64,000 nt of DNA, taken from an uncultured Methanoregulaceae archaeon. GTDB taxonomy: Archaea > Halobacteriota > Methanomicrobia > Methanomicrobiales > Methanospirillaceae. Of this stretch, positions 9,334 through 19,217 are shown one piece after another (position 1 is the stretch's first letter; every line of letters starts with the position of its first letter). The notes beneath the pieces were generated by a model. That model was not told where the DNA came from and made no database searches. It saw only the letters and a list, made by a program, of their open reading frames with translations. The stretch spans positions 416,001 through 480,000 of the forward strand of contig OY970343.1 in the NCBI GenBank assembly GCA_963717525.1. Reading direction: 5' to 3'. Made by a program: the position numbers and the translations under genes.

Positions 9334-10379
9334 GCGACGACCCTCCCGATCACCGGCTCGCCGGCTTTCGGCATACTGACCTCACCGATCTCCGGTACTA
9401 TCCTCCGGATCGCTGCTTCTTCGCTGGAGATGTAGAGCCGGTCTTCATGTTCCCCGGCAACCAGCGGCCTCAGCTTGATCCGGTCGGTGAACCCGAGCAG
9501 TGTATCAGATGTTGCAACGCAGATCGCAAACGGGCCATTCATGAGCGCAGGGCCGTAGGTAAGCCGGAGCGCCCGGTTGAGCTCCTGCTCTTTTGCGGGC
9601 ATCGCATCGATCTCATCCCAGAATGGCGGGGCAAGGGCACGCATTGCTAGTTTCTCGGAGAGACCGTGCTTTCGCACCAGCAGGTCGATCAGGTACGCCA
9701 CGACTTCGGTGTCGGTGAACATCGTGCACTCGTACCCGTAACTCTCGATATAGCGCTGGTTGGTCCCGTACGAGGTGATCTCCCCGTTGTGGACAACGCT
9801 CCAGTCAAGGAGGTTGAAGGGGTGCGCCCCGCCCCACCAGCCGGCGGTGTTTGTCGGGTACCGGTTGTGGGCGAGCCAGAGGTATCCTTCGTAGTCCTGG
9901 ATCCGGTAGAGATTGGCGACCTGCTCAGGCCATCCTGAAGCCTTGAACACACCCATGTTCTTTCCCGACGAAAAGATCAGGCTGCCTTTGTGTGCGGTAT
10001 TGACCCGCATGACCAGACGCATGACAATATCGTCCGCGGTGGTATGAGGTTCCTGGGCACGGCTGATATCGGGCTTGAAAAAAAAACGCCACGGTGTATG
10101 AACTTTTTTTATCCCTGCCTCGTAGATTGGTATTGGCTCGTCATGGACGATCCGCCCCCATTCCTCGAGTTCCTTGACAAGAGCCGGCTTGTTCTCCCTT
10201 ACGTTGTCAAAGAAGACATGGAGGGCGTAGGCGTCCTTATACTCCGGGTAAATGCCGTAGGCTGCATAGCCGGCCCCTTCGCCGTTTCCCCGCTCATTCA
10301 TCAGCGCGAGCGATTCTCGTATCTTACTGCCGTCCATGCACTGGCGGCGTTTATCGATGACACCGATAATTCCACACAT
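9330..10379 (-). CDS. Glutamate synthase glutamine amidotransferase (Ntn) subunit
   Basis: N-terminal MCGI nucleophile, HNRYPTNT, AHPF, VHNGEI, TDTEV, DRIKLRP. Confidence 0.93.
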   Translation of the reverse strand: MCGIIGVIDKRRQCMDGSKIRESLALMNERGNGEGAGYAAYGIYPEYKDAYALHVFFDNVRENKPALVKELEEWGRIVHDEPIPIYEAGIKKVHTPWRFFFKPDISRAQEPHTTADDIVMRLVMRVNTAHKGSLIFSSGKNMGVFKASGWPEQVANLYRIQDYEGYLWLAHNRYPTNTAGWWGGAHPFNLLDWSVVHNGEITSYGTNQRYIESYGYECTMFTDTEVVAYLIDLLVRKHGLSEKLAMRALAPPFWDEIDAMPAKEQELNRALRLTYGPALMNGPFAICVATSDTLLGFTDRIKLRPLVAGEHEDRLYISSEEAAIRRIVPEIGEVSMPKAGEPVIGRVVA

Positions 10380-10512
10380 TTTCTATCACAGTCGGGATGT
10401 CTGGTTACCTAATGAATGCCCGGCCGGCAGACCGCCTTCCGGGAAATTGAAACGTATAGTATTGGTACGTTCCCTGAATTGAATGTAAGCATTCTCCTCA
10501 TGAAGTTAGTTA

Positions 10513-10549
10513 AGAAAATATAAATGTAATTGGTTGGAAAATTAATTCC
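10513..10549 (+). promoter_or_regulatory. glnA promoter (BRE/TATA) with NrpR-type operator
   Basis: AGAAAATATAAAT at 10513-10525, then GGAA-AATTAA-TTCC at 10536-10549, 3 nt before the ATG. Confidence 0.8.
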
Positions 10550-10552
10550 ATT

Positions 10553-11878
10553 ATGTCTGCGGACGTATCCAAATTGCTCAAAAAGATCGAGGCGGATGAT
10601 GTAAAATTTATCCGGCTCCAGTTCACCGATGTGCTGGGGATGCCCAAGAACGCGGCCATCCCGGCTGCCCAGGCCGAGAAATCGTTAACTGAAGGTACCT
10701 GGTTTGACGGGTCATCGATCGAAGGATTTACGAGGATTGAAGAGTCGGATATGCTCCTCAAGGCAGACCCGGCATCGTATGCAACTATCCCATGGAGACC
10801 GCAGGAAGGCAAGGTCGCCCGGTTCATGTGCGACGTGTACACCTACGGGAACAAGCCCTTCGAAGGCGACCCCCGGTACGTGCTCAAGAAAGTCATGGCC
10901 GATGCGGCAAAGATGGGATATGTCTTTAACACCGGCCCCGAGCTTGAGTTCTTCCTCTTTAACCTCGTCGACGGCAAGCCGACCACGCAATTCGTCGATC
11001 AGGGGTGCTATTTCGATCTAGCTCCCCAGGACAAGGCGGAAGACGTGCGCCGCGACATCGTCCTTGCGCTCAACAGTATGGGCTTTGAGATCGAGATGTC
11101 CCATCATGAGGTTGCCGCAAGCCAGCACGAGATCGATTTCAAGTACGCAGATGCGGTTACGACTGCAGACCGGGTTATGACGTTCAAGTTTGCGACCAAG
11201 GCCATTGCGCTCAAGTACGGCCTGCATGCTTCGTTCATGGCAAAGCCGCTCGCCGGTATCAACGGGAGTGGCATGCATACCCACGGATCGCTTGCAAAGA
11301 ACGGGAAGAATGCATTTTACGATGCAAACGCTCCCGATGGAATTTCCGATATCGCCCTCTATTATATCGGCGGTCTCTTAAAGCATGCTAAGGCGATCAC
11401 CCGGGTGGCAAACCCGACGATCAACTCATACAAGCGCCTTGTCCCCGGTTACGAGGCCCCCTGTTACATCTCATGGAGCACCACCAACCGGTCTGCCCTT
11501 ATCCGGGTGCCGGCCGCCCGTGGCAACAGCACCCGTGCCGAGTTCCGCAGCCCGGACCCGATGTGCAACCCGTATCTTACCTTCGCATGCATGCTCGCTG
11601 CCGGTCTAGATGGTGTCAAAAACAAGATCATGCCGCCTGATGCGACCAACACCAACATCTACCACCTGAGCGCAAAAGAGCGCAAGAAGATGAAGATCGA
11701 TATGCTGCCCGGCAGCCTCGCCGAATCTCACCAGTACCTGATGAAGGACCAGGTGCTCTGTGACGCGCTCGGCCCGCACATCCTTGAAACCCTGACTACA
11801 ATTGCAGAAGCAGAGACCGATGCCTTCCGTCTTGCGGTTCACCCGTGGGAACTGGACCGGTACCTCGCAACCTACTAA
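10553..11878 (+). CDS. glnA: Glutamine synthetase type I
   Basis: FDGSSIEGF, GPELEFFLF, HHEVAASQHEI, NGSGMHTH, NSYKRLVPGYEAP, NRSALIRVP, EFRSPDP. Confidence 0.97.
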   Translation: MSADVSKLLKKIEADDVKFIRLQFTDVLGMPKNAAIPAAQAEKSLTEGTWFDGSSIEGFTRIEESDMLLKADPASYATIPWRPQEGKVARFMCDVYTYGNKPFEGDPRYVLKKVMADAAKMGYVFNTGPELEFFLFNLVDGKPTTQFVDQGCYFDLAPQDKAEDVRRDIVLALNSMGFEIEMSHHEVAASQHEIDFKYADAVTTADRVMTFKFATKAIALKYGLHASFMAKPLAGINGSGMHTHGSLAKNGKNAFYDANAPDGISDIALYYIGGLLKHAKAITRVANPTINSYKRLVPGYEAPCYISWSTTNRSALIRVPAARGNSTRAEFRSPDPMCNPYLTFACMLAAGLDGVKNKIMPPDATNTNIYHLSAKERKKMKIDMLPGSLAESHQYLMKDQVLCDALGPHILETLTTIAEAETDAFRLAVHPWELDRYLATY

Positions 11879-12128
11879 TCTGAAAATATTAATCTAAAAA
11901 TTTTTCCCGCATGTCGGGACAGGCTGGACTTTTTATCCGGTAACTGCCCGTCGCCCGTCTGGATCCTGGGAAAAGATAAAGGTAGGAAACGGCAGGATCT
12001 ACTGCCGCATGCCATACAGGTTCACCCCATCGCACGCCGGGGTGTGCATGCTGTATCCGGGGTGCTTCCTGCCTTGTTCCATCGTTGGATCCTGATGGGC
12101 CCTCACACAAGTTACAGGAGAAAAAAAT

Positions 12129-13325
12129 ATGGCTCTGGATACCGGTGTTACAACCTGGCTCATGGTCTCGGCGCTGCTTGTCATGCTGATGACCCCGGGT
12201 GTCGGGTTCTTTTATGGCGGACTTGTTCGAAAGAAGAATTTTATCTCGATGATCGCCCTCTCCTTTCTGGTACTGGCGCTCACGAGTATCCAGTGGATCC
12301 TGGTCGGGTACTCGCTTGCGTTTGGATCTGATATAGGTGGAGTCATCGGCAGTCTCCAGTACCTGGGGCTTTCCGGTGTGAGTGCCAGTGCAGGCACAGC
12401 TGCCTACCCGCCGCTGGTCTACATGGTCTTCCAGCTCTTCTTTGCCTCAGTTACACTGACCATCGTGACCTCTGCAGTCGCAGAGAGGGTCAAACTGACG
12501 TCATTTATCGTATTTGCACTCATCTGGCTGACCGTTGTGTACTGCCCGCTTGCACATTGGGCATGGGGTGGCGGCTGGGCGCAGCAGATGGGGCTGATCG
12601 ACTTTGCGGGCGGGACGGTTGTAGAGATCTGCTCGGGATTTGCCGCACTTGCGTTGGCCCTTGTGATAGGGAAAAGGGCCGGCTTTGGCGAGTACTCTAT
12701 GGAACCTCATAACATCCCGATTGCACTCCTGGGTGCGGCCCTGCTCTGGTTCGGCTGGTTCGGTTTTAATGCCGGCAGCGCCCTTGCGGTGAACGGGAGT
12801 ACGGTCACTGCCTTTGTGAACACGAACACCGCCGCAGCCGCCGGTGCGCTCGCGTGGATGTTTACCAGCTGGTATCTCGGCAAACCCAGTTCGCTGGGAA
12901 TGGTGAGTGGTGCGATCGCCGGAATGGTGGCGATCACGCCGGCCGCCGGTTTTGTTACACCCATGGTGGCTATCCTGATCGGAGCAGTCGCCGGCGTGCT
13001 CTGCTTTGGTATGATGCTTCTCCGGATCAGCAAACAGCTTGATGAGAGCCTGGACGCGTGGGCGATCCACGGCATGGGCGGGGTCTGGGGGACGCTTGCA
13101 ACCGGCCTCTTTGCGGCAGCAGCGGTAGCCGGATTTTCCGGGTTCTTCGAGGGTAATACCCACCAGTTGGTGGCAAACACGGTGGGTGCCATTGCGGCTG
13201 TGATCTATGCCTTTGTCATGACCTACCTCCTCGCGGTCATTATCGATCGCATCATGGGTCTGCGGGTTACGCCCGACGAAGAGTACGTCGGGCTCGACAT
13301 CTGCCATCATGGGGAACGGGCATAA
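12129..13325 (+). CDS. amtB: Ammonium transporter (copy 1)
   Basis: [53 protein letters not shown]. Confidence 0.95.
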   Translation: MALDTGVTTWLMVSALLVMLMTPGVGFFYGGLVRKKNFISMIALSFLVLALTSIQWILVGYSLAFGSDIGGVIGSLQYLGLSGVSASAGTAAYPPLVYMVFQLFFASVTLTIVTSAVAERVKLTSFIVFALIWLTVVYCPLAHWAWGGGWAQQMGLIDFAGGTVVEICSGFAALALALVIGKRAGFGEYSMEPHNIPIALLGAALLWFGWFGFNAGSALAVNGSTVTAFVNTNTAAAAGALAWMFTSWYLGKPSSLGMVSGAIAGMVAITPAAGFVTPMVAILIGAVAGVLCFGMMLLRISKQLDESLDAWAIHGMGGVWGTLATGLFAAAAVAGFSGFFEGNTHQLVANTVGAIAAVIYAFVMTYLLAVIIDRIMGLRVTPDEEYVGLDICHHGERA

Positions 13326-13373
13326 CGATCATACTTTTTTTGTATAGTTGACAGGACAACGATAGTACAATCA

Positions 13374-13446
13374 GGAATCCTGATTCCGGATCGCGTCCCG
13401 TTACATTAAAAATAACAATATTTATAAGCACAGGAATAGAACTTCC
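13374..13446 (+). promoter_or_regulatory. Promoter of amtB2-glnK flanked by two NrpR-type operators
   Basis: GGAA-TCCTGA-TTCC at 13374-13387, TTTATAAG at 13421-13428, GGAA-TAGAAC-TTCC at 13433-13446. Confidence 0.8.
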
Positions 13447-13666
13447 TTCCTACAATCTTAGTGAGTATTTCAGCATGGAGAGGATCCCTTTGATACAGGA
13501 CAGCCAGATCGCATACGTGATGCCGGACTTTCTTCCCGGACTCTGTCACCGGTGTTCTGCTGAGCCCCTGTGCCCGGGAGATGATCCGTTGCAGCCCCGT
13601 AACCACTGCGTTACATGGTTCGCGGCATGCATAGTCTGTTTCATTACAGGTAAACAGGTGAATTAA

Positions 13667-14881
13667 ATGGTTATGGATTCTGGAGCAATTGCATGGGTGC
13701 TCGCCTCGACGGCGCTGGTCATGATCATGACGCCGGGAGTTGGGTTCTTCTATGGTGGTCTTGTACGGAAGAAAAACTTCATCGATATGATCACGCTCTC
13801 ATTTGTGGCCTTTGCCCTCGTGAGCATCCAGTGGGTGCTGATCGGGTACAGTTTGGCATTCGGACCGGATGTCGGCGGGTTTATCGGCAACCTCAGTAAC
13901 GTTGGCCTGAACGGTGTAAGTATGAACAGTGCCGGCCCGTACAGCGCAATTATACCGGGAATGTTGTACATGGTGTTCCAGCTCGTGTTTGCCACCGTTA
14001 CGATGGCGATTGTCACGTCTGGTTTTGCTGAGCGTATAAAGTTCAGTTCATACCTGGTCTTTGCACTGCTCTGGACCACGATCGTTTACGACCCGCTTGC
14101 CCACTGGGTGTGGGGCGGTGGCTGGACATCACAGTTCGGCTCGATCGATTTCGCCGGCGGAACTGTCGTACATATCAGTTCAGGGTTTGCCGCGCTGGCG
14201 CTGGCGCTCGTGATCGGTAAACGGGTCGGGTACGGCAAGTACGCGATGGAACCGGCCAACATCCCGTGGTCGATCCTTGGTGCCGTACTCCTCTGGTTCG
14301 GCTGGTTCGGGTTTAACGCAGGAAGCGCTGTCGCCGCAAACGGTCTTGCAGTCAACGCCTTTGTCACTACGAACACCGCAACAGCCATGGCGGCAATGGC
14401 ATGGCTTCTTGTCTCATGGGCACACGGGGGCAAGCCGAGCTCGCTTGGGTTCATCAGTGGTGCAGTGGCCGGACTTGTCGCCATCACGCCGGCAGCCGGG
14501 TACGTAACCCCAATGTCTGCGATTGTAATTGGTGCAGTAGCCGGTGTAATGTGCTACTTTATCATGCTCTGGCGGCAGGGCAGGGGTATCGATGAGAGCC
14601 TCGATGCATGGGCGGTCCACGGCATGGGCGGCCTGTGGGGTGCACTCGCAACCGGTATCTTTGCATCTGCAGCCGTCAACGGCGCCTCGGGACTGATCGA
14701 GGGTAACGTCCACCAGTTCATTGCCCAGATCGTCGGAGCCGGGTCAGCAGTCATCTACGCGTTCGTAGTCACGTACATTCTTGCAGTCATCGTGGACAAA
14801 ACGATTGGGCTGCGCGTGACCGAGGAAGAAGAATATGTAGGGCTTGACATCTCCCAGCATGGAGAGCGGGCTCAAGGATAA
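13667..14881 (+). CDS. amtB: Ammonium transporter (copy 2)
   Basis: [30 protein letters not shown]; paralog of 12129-13325. Confidence 0.95.
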   Translation: MVMDSGAIAWVLASTALVMIMTPGVGFFYGGLVRKKNFIDMITLSFVAFALVSIQWVLIGYSLAFGPDVGGFIGNLSNVGLNGVSMNSAGPYSAIIPGMLYMVFQLVFATVTMAIVTSGFAERIKFSSYLVFALLWTTIVYDPLAHWVWGGGWTSQFGSIDFAGGTVVHISSGFAALALALVIGKRVGYGKYAMEPANIPWSILGAVLLWFGWFGFNAGSAVAANGLAVNAFVTTNTATAMAAMAWLLVSWAHGGKPSSLGFISGAVAGLVAITPAAGYVTPMSAIVIGAVAGVMCYFIMLWRQGRGIDESLDAWAVHGMGGLWGALATGIFASAAVNGASGLIEGNVHQFIAQIVGAGSAVIYAFVVTYILAVIVDKTIGLRVTEEEEYVGLDISQHGERAQG

Positions 14882-14895
14882 TCCGGGTGATTACC

Positions 14896-15225
14896 ATGAA
14901 AATGATAATTGCAATCATCAAACCTGAACGATTCGAGTTCGTAAAAAAGGCGCTTGAAGACAAAGGGTATATCAGCATGACGATCACCGAGGTCAAAGGC
15001 CGGGGCGCACAGAAGGGAATCACCCTTGAATACCGCGGCGGCAAGATGATTGTCGACCTCCTGCCAAAAGTCAAACTCGAGATCGTTATTCACGACAAGG
15101 ATGTTGATGATCTGATCGCGACCCTGACAGGGGCGGCCCGGACGGGAAAGATCGGCGACGGAAAGATCTTCGTTGTGCCGGTCGAGAAATCCATACGGAT
15201 CAGGACCGGTGATATGGAGTCTTAA
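14896..15225 (+). CDS. glnK: P-II family nitrogen regulator
   Basis: MKMIIAIIKPE, GRGAQKG, TGKIGDGKIFV, RIRTG; follows amtB. Confidence 0.93.
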   Translation: MKMIIAIIKPERFEFVKKALEDKGYISMTITEVKGRGAQKGITLEYRGGKMIVDLLPKVKLEIVIHDKDVDDLIATLTGAARTGKIGDGKIFVVPVEKSIRIRTGDMES

Positions 15226-15345
15226 AAAGGAGAATACGTGCCGAAATATCATCCAGCCACAACGTACAGTAATATCTGATCAGAAGAGCAGGGATTTTTT
15301 TCCCCTGCCTTCTTTTTAAAAAAATGGTACCGTCAGCCACCTGTT

Positions 15346-15732
15346 TCAGGCTTGACGGACCGGGATTTTTTCATTCTCATCCAGGAGCACACGCAGTTTC
15401 TTTTCGATGTGGGGCGAGATATGGAAATGACCCGGCAGGGTAAAGGCCCCGGTGTCGTACTTCTGCGCTTCTTCCATATCCTCGTCAGATATGCCGTACT
15501 TCCCGTGGTCGACAATCTCGTGGAAAAAGATTTTTCCGCTCCCGGGAATGATCCTGCACAGGCAGAGTTGTTCGGAATCTCCTGCATGGATATAAAAAAA
15601 CGATCTCCCAATCATCGACTTGCGGTAGTTCTGGATCTGTTCAAGAATCGCCTCATATTCCGGTGCGGATCCATCTGCCATGGCATACCTCGGCAGCGGC
15701 TCTTCTATGGTCATCATCCTCTGGTCGGTCAT
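15346..15732 (-). CDS. Hypothetical protein
   Basis: 128-aa ORF with GGAGG ribosome-binding site and upstream TATA-like sequence; no family recognised. Confidence 0.6.
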   Translation of the reverse strand: MTDQRMMTIEEPLPRYAMADGSAPEYEAILEQIQNYRKSMIGRSFFYIHAGDSEQLCLCRIIPGSGKIFFHEIVDHGKYGISDEDMEEAQKYDTGAFTLPGHFHISPHIEKKLRVLLDENEKIPVRQA

Positions 15733-15906
15733 CGATTTTTATCCCCTCCCCTCGCTCACCCTCCGGCTATCGCTTACCGGAAGATAGGTGGAAATATATT
15801 GCTTTCATATATATACTTATGCCAACCCCGGTCTGGCTTGGTTTAATCGGCCGGACTTTTGCAGATTGTTATTTAGCCTGCCGGTGAAAAACTAAGGTAA
15901 TCTATC

Positions 15907-17055
15907 ATGATCCCGTGGCTGAACTCGAATTTTAAAAATTTTAAACCCACGGCAGCCATTGCGCTCAACGCCACACGGCACATGAACACAATCGAGCGCA
16001 AAAAACTGTTCTCTCCCGATATCGAGCCCATGCGGACTGCCGAAGGGCGCTGGTTTGAGGCGATCGTGTACGAGATGTTCCTGGAGATCTCGCAGAAATC
16101 TCCCCTCATCAGGTACCTCGCGCGCAAGGGCGCCGATGCGCCGCATGCCGGCGCCCAGGCATACCTTGGCCAGAACGGCATTTTTTACTCCAAGTACGGG
16201 GACATCACCTTCCGGGGAAACGGGCAGGATCTTGCGGAGTTCGACCTCATTCTCGTGGATGCCAAGGACCGTGTCGCATTTGGCGAAGTGGTGACTTCTC
16301 CGGCCGACCTCAAAGAGTTCGAGGTTGAGATCGCGTTTAAGAAACGACTGCTTGGGTACCTCTACGGTCAGGAGCATGTCTCATTCCTGCTGATCTCTTC
16401 CTTTGACATCTCAAACTATTCGGTAGTAAAACGTCTTGCAAAAGATCCGGACAACGCGATCATCCACACGAGTTCCTGCGAGCAGATCAAGGCGCTCGTC
16501 AAACACTACCGCCCACGGATCCTGTACACAAAACCCGCTAACCATCCCAAACTGATCCGGGCCACCGATATCCCCATTCGGCATCCGATCGATTACCGGA
16601 ACTGCCACGACGAGTTCCGGAACCGGATTTTCTCTGACCTCACACGGGGTAGGGGGAAAAAGGATCTCGTACCGTCCACTGAGTCGGAGGCGCTCGTCAA
16701 GAAAATCCTTTACGGTGCCCTGTATCCCCACGCAATCAAGGCGATCTGCGAACAGTACGGCCTTGTGGTCAGGGGCCGGCGCGTGGAATACGGTGAGTTT
16801 TTCAAATACTTTTCAAAGGCGATTATCGCGACCGATCTCCCCGGTTTTGAGCTGATTATCTACCTCCGGTCACGGGAGAAGAAGGAGTACCTTAAGATGG
16901 TGCAGACAAAGGAAGGCCACTTCCGGTTCGAACGTCCGACACCGTCCCGGGTGGGCTTTTTCCTCTGGATAGAGTCGCTCCAGCCCACGCTTGGGACCAA
17001 GATCTCCCTTGAGATCCTCAAAACATTCAGTGTACGGGAGCCGGTAAAAAAGTAG
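15907..17055 (+). CDS. Hypothetical protein with a possible PD-(D/E)XK nuclease-like N-terminal domain
   Basis: 382-aa ORF; GRWFEAIVYE...AEFDLILVD...AFGEVVTS pattern. Confidence 0.65.
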   Translation: MIPWLNSNFKNFKPTAAIALNATRHMNTIERKKLFSPDIEPMRTAEGRWFEAIVYEMFLEISQKSPLIRYLARKGADAPHAGAQAYLGQNGIFYSKYGDITFRGNGQDLAEFDLILVDAKDRVAFGEVVTSPADLKEFEVEIAFKKRLLGYLYGQEHVSFLLISSFDISNYSVVKRLAKDPDNAIIHTSSCEQIKALVKHYRPRILYTKPANHPKLIRATDIPIRHPIDYRNCHDEFRNRIFSDLTRGRGKKDLVPSTESEALVKKILYGALYPHAIKAICEQYGLVVRGRRVEYGEFFKYFSKAIIATDLPGFELIIYLRSREKKEYLKMVQTKEGHFRFERPTPSRVGFFLWIESLQPTLGTKISLEILKTFSVREPVKK

Positions 17056-17101
17056 ATTCGGGCTGTAGAAATCCTGAAATGAGATTTGTAAGGACGCTCT
17101 T

Positions 17102-17253
17102 GGGGGCTAAAGACCCCGCTGCTTTGGCATCCCCCGGTTGCGATAGTGCTGTCATACCTGCAACACAAAGAGGGAAAGATGGATGCTTCTGGTGCAGGTA
17201 ATACAAAGGCATCGCTTACGCCCCCGCCCCTTTGGGGGCGGGGCTGGCGTAAG
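17102..17253. repeat. GC-rich multi-hairpin intergenic element between convergent genes
   Basis: Inverted repeats TACCTGCA/TGCAGGTA (17155-17200), GCGAT/ATCGC, and CTTACGCC-CCCGCCCC/GGGGCGGG-GGCGTAAG (17215-17253). Confidence 0.55.
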
Positions 17254-17340
17254 GGGGGCTGTATCTCTTAAAAAAAAGGTTTTCTACAGAGCAGATTTTC
17301 CCGCTCTTACTGGCGATGTAACGTACCTGTACCTGCCGGT

Positions 17341-18932
17341 TTAGTCCAGCAGCGTGGCCATGGCTTCGTCGTACCGTGCTTCCATGACGTACGGGATGCC
17401 CGAGATTTCGGAAGATTCGGTGGTCAGCGCCATCAGGTCGCCACGGGAGATAGTGGAGAGCCGGAAGTTGCGGCTGCCTGCCATGAGCTGCTGGAGACCG
17501 GTCCTGAATTTCTGCGCGTATGTATAGATCCCTACGGCGCCCATCGGGATCTCCTTGACCCGTGAGCCATATTTTTCTTTCAGTTCCTCGTAGCAGACAA
17601 AGATCTCGTCGACAGGTACCGCCGTACTTGGAGACCGACTTTGGCAGATCCCCGGCCTGCAGCCATTTTTCGATATTTTTCCCGACCATGCCGGGGATCA
17701 TCAGGCCCCTGCCCATGCAGACTGCCTTAAAGTACGGGCTGCCCATCGCAAGTGCCTTGAATACGCCGGGTTCATCCGAGAATCCGCCGGCCATGGCGAG
17801 GTCCGGGACCCTCATACCCTTCTTCTCCAGCTCTCTGCAGAAACGGTACGCAAGCGACTGAAGGTAGAACGTCGGGATACCCCACTCGTTCATCATCGGC
17901 CACGGGCTCATGCCGGTCCCGCCGGGAGCGCCATCGATGGTTAAAAGATCGATCTTCGCCTCGGAAGAGTAGCGCAGCGCCATCGCAAGCTCGACCATGG
18001 AGTACGCCCCCGTCTTTAAGGTGACACGCTTGAACCCGATGTCCCGCAGCCGGTCGATCTCGTCAAGGAACCCCTCCCTGGTGACAAAGCCGAGACGGGA
18101 ATGGCGTTCGAACTCCTTGAGGGCACCGGCCCGAAACGCGGCCTGGTTCTCTTTTGCGGTCGGGTCGGGAAGCACGATGTAGCCCCGGTTTTTGAGTTCG
18201 ATAGCCCGTTCAAGGGACGTGACCTTGATTTCTCCCCCGATGCATTTTGCACCCTGTCCCCACTTGAGCTCGATGGTGTCCAGGTTGTGCTTGCTTGCGA
18301 CGTACTCCGCGGTCCCGAGCCGGGTGTCTTCGACATTCATCTGGACAAGGATCTCCCCGTAGCCTTCGCTGAATTTCCTATAGGTGGTAATCCGCCGGTC
18401 CATCTCCGGGGATTCGCTCACCTTTCCTTTCGCATCAAGTTTGAGCGCAGGGTCGACACCACAGACATTCTCCCCGCAGACGAGCGTGATACCAGCAATG
18501 GCGGCACCGACTGCAAAGTGTTCCCAGTTGACCCGTGCAATTTCCGTGGACCCGAGAGCCCCGGTAAAGATCGGGAGGCGCATCTTTACTTTCCTGTCCC
18601 AGCCATATTCGGTGCCGGTATCCACGGTAGAGAAGACCGCTGTATCCGGGCCGACGTTACTGCCTTCGGGCAGGCCTTTCGCGCCCACGGCGTATCCCTG
18701 GATATTGAGGTGGGAGTAATCGACCGGATAGTTCTTGTCGGCTCCTGCCGTGACTCCGCCAAACGGGCCGGGATACAGGACCTCCCTGCCCCGGAATGAC
18801 GAAAGCCAAATCTCGCAGACTGCCTTTACATCCGTCTATGCACCGGGTACAGATGCCGGAACACGGAACGACGCTCCGCGAGCGGTTGACGGTACCTGTT
18901 GCTTCATTTGCATTGGGTTGTCTCAGATTCAT
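17341..18932 (-). CDS. Stand-alone FMN-binding glutamate-synthase-related protein (about 530 aa; two apparent frameshifts near 18820 and 17615)
   Basis: Joining three frames gives ...CSGICTRCIDGCKGSCEIW...ELKWGQGAKCIGGE...DGAPGGTGMSP...AGGF...MGRG...GLQQLMAG. Confidence 0.82.
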
Positions 18933-19217
18933 GAATTCACTCCTTATGTTTGAGAGTGGAATGGTGTGGTGCGGATCTCATGCGCTTTTGGCACAGGACC
19001 GGCAACCCGGAAATGGTTTGAGCGCGATCGCCTCAACCTAGTGGACGTTTCCTATAAGGGGGTAATAAACACTTGGATCTATTCTCAATTTTTGCAATTT
19101 TTATCCAAAAAACCTGATTTTTTGTTAGGTTATACTGACATTTTTCAGAAAATCGATCAATTTTATTCAAAATGAGGTGGAAATCTGCGATTTCGTGATC
19201 CTGACTTCCGGCCCCGG

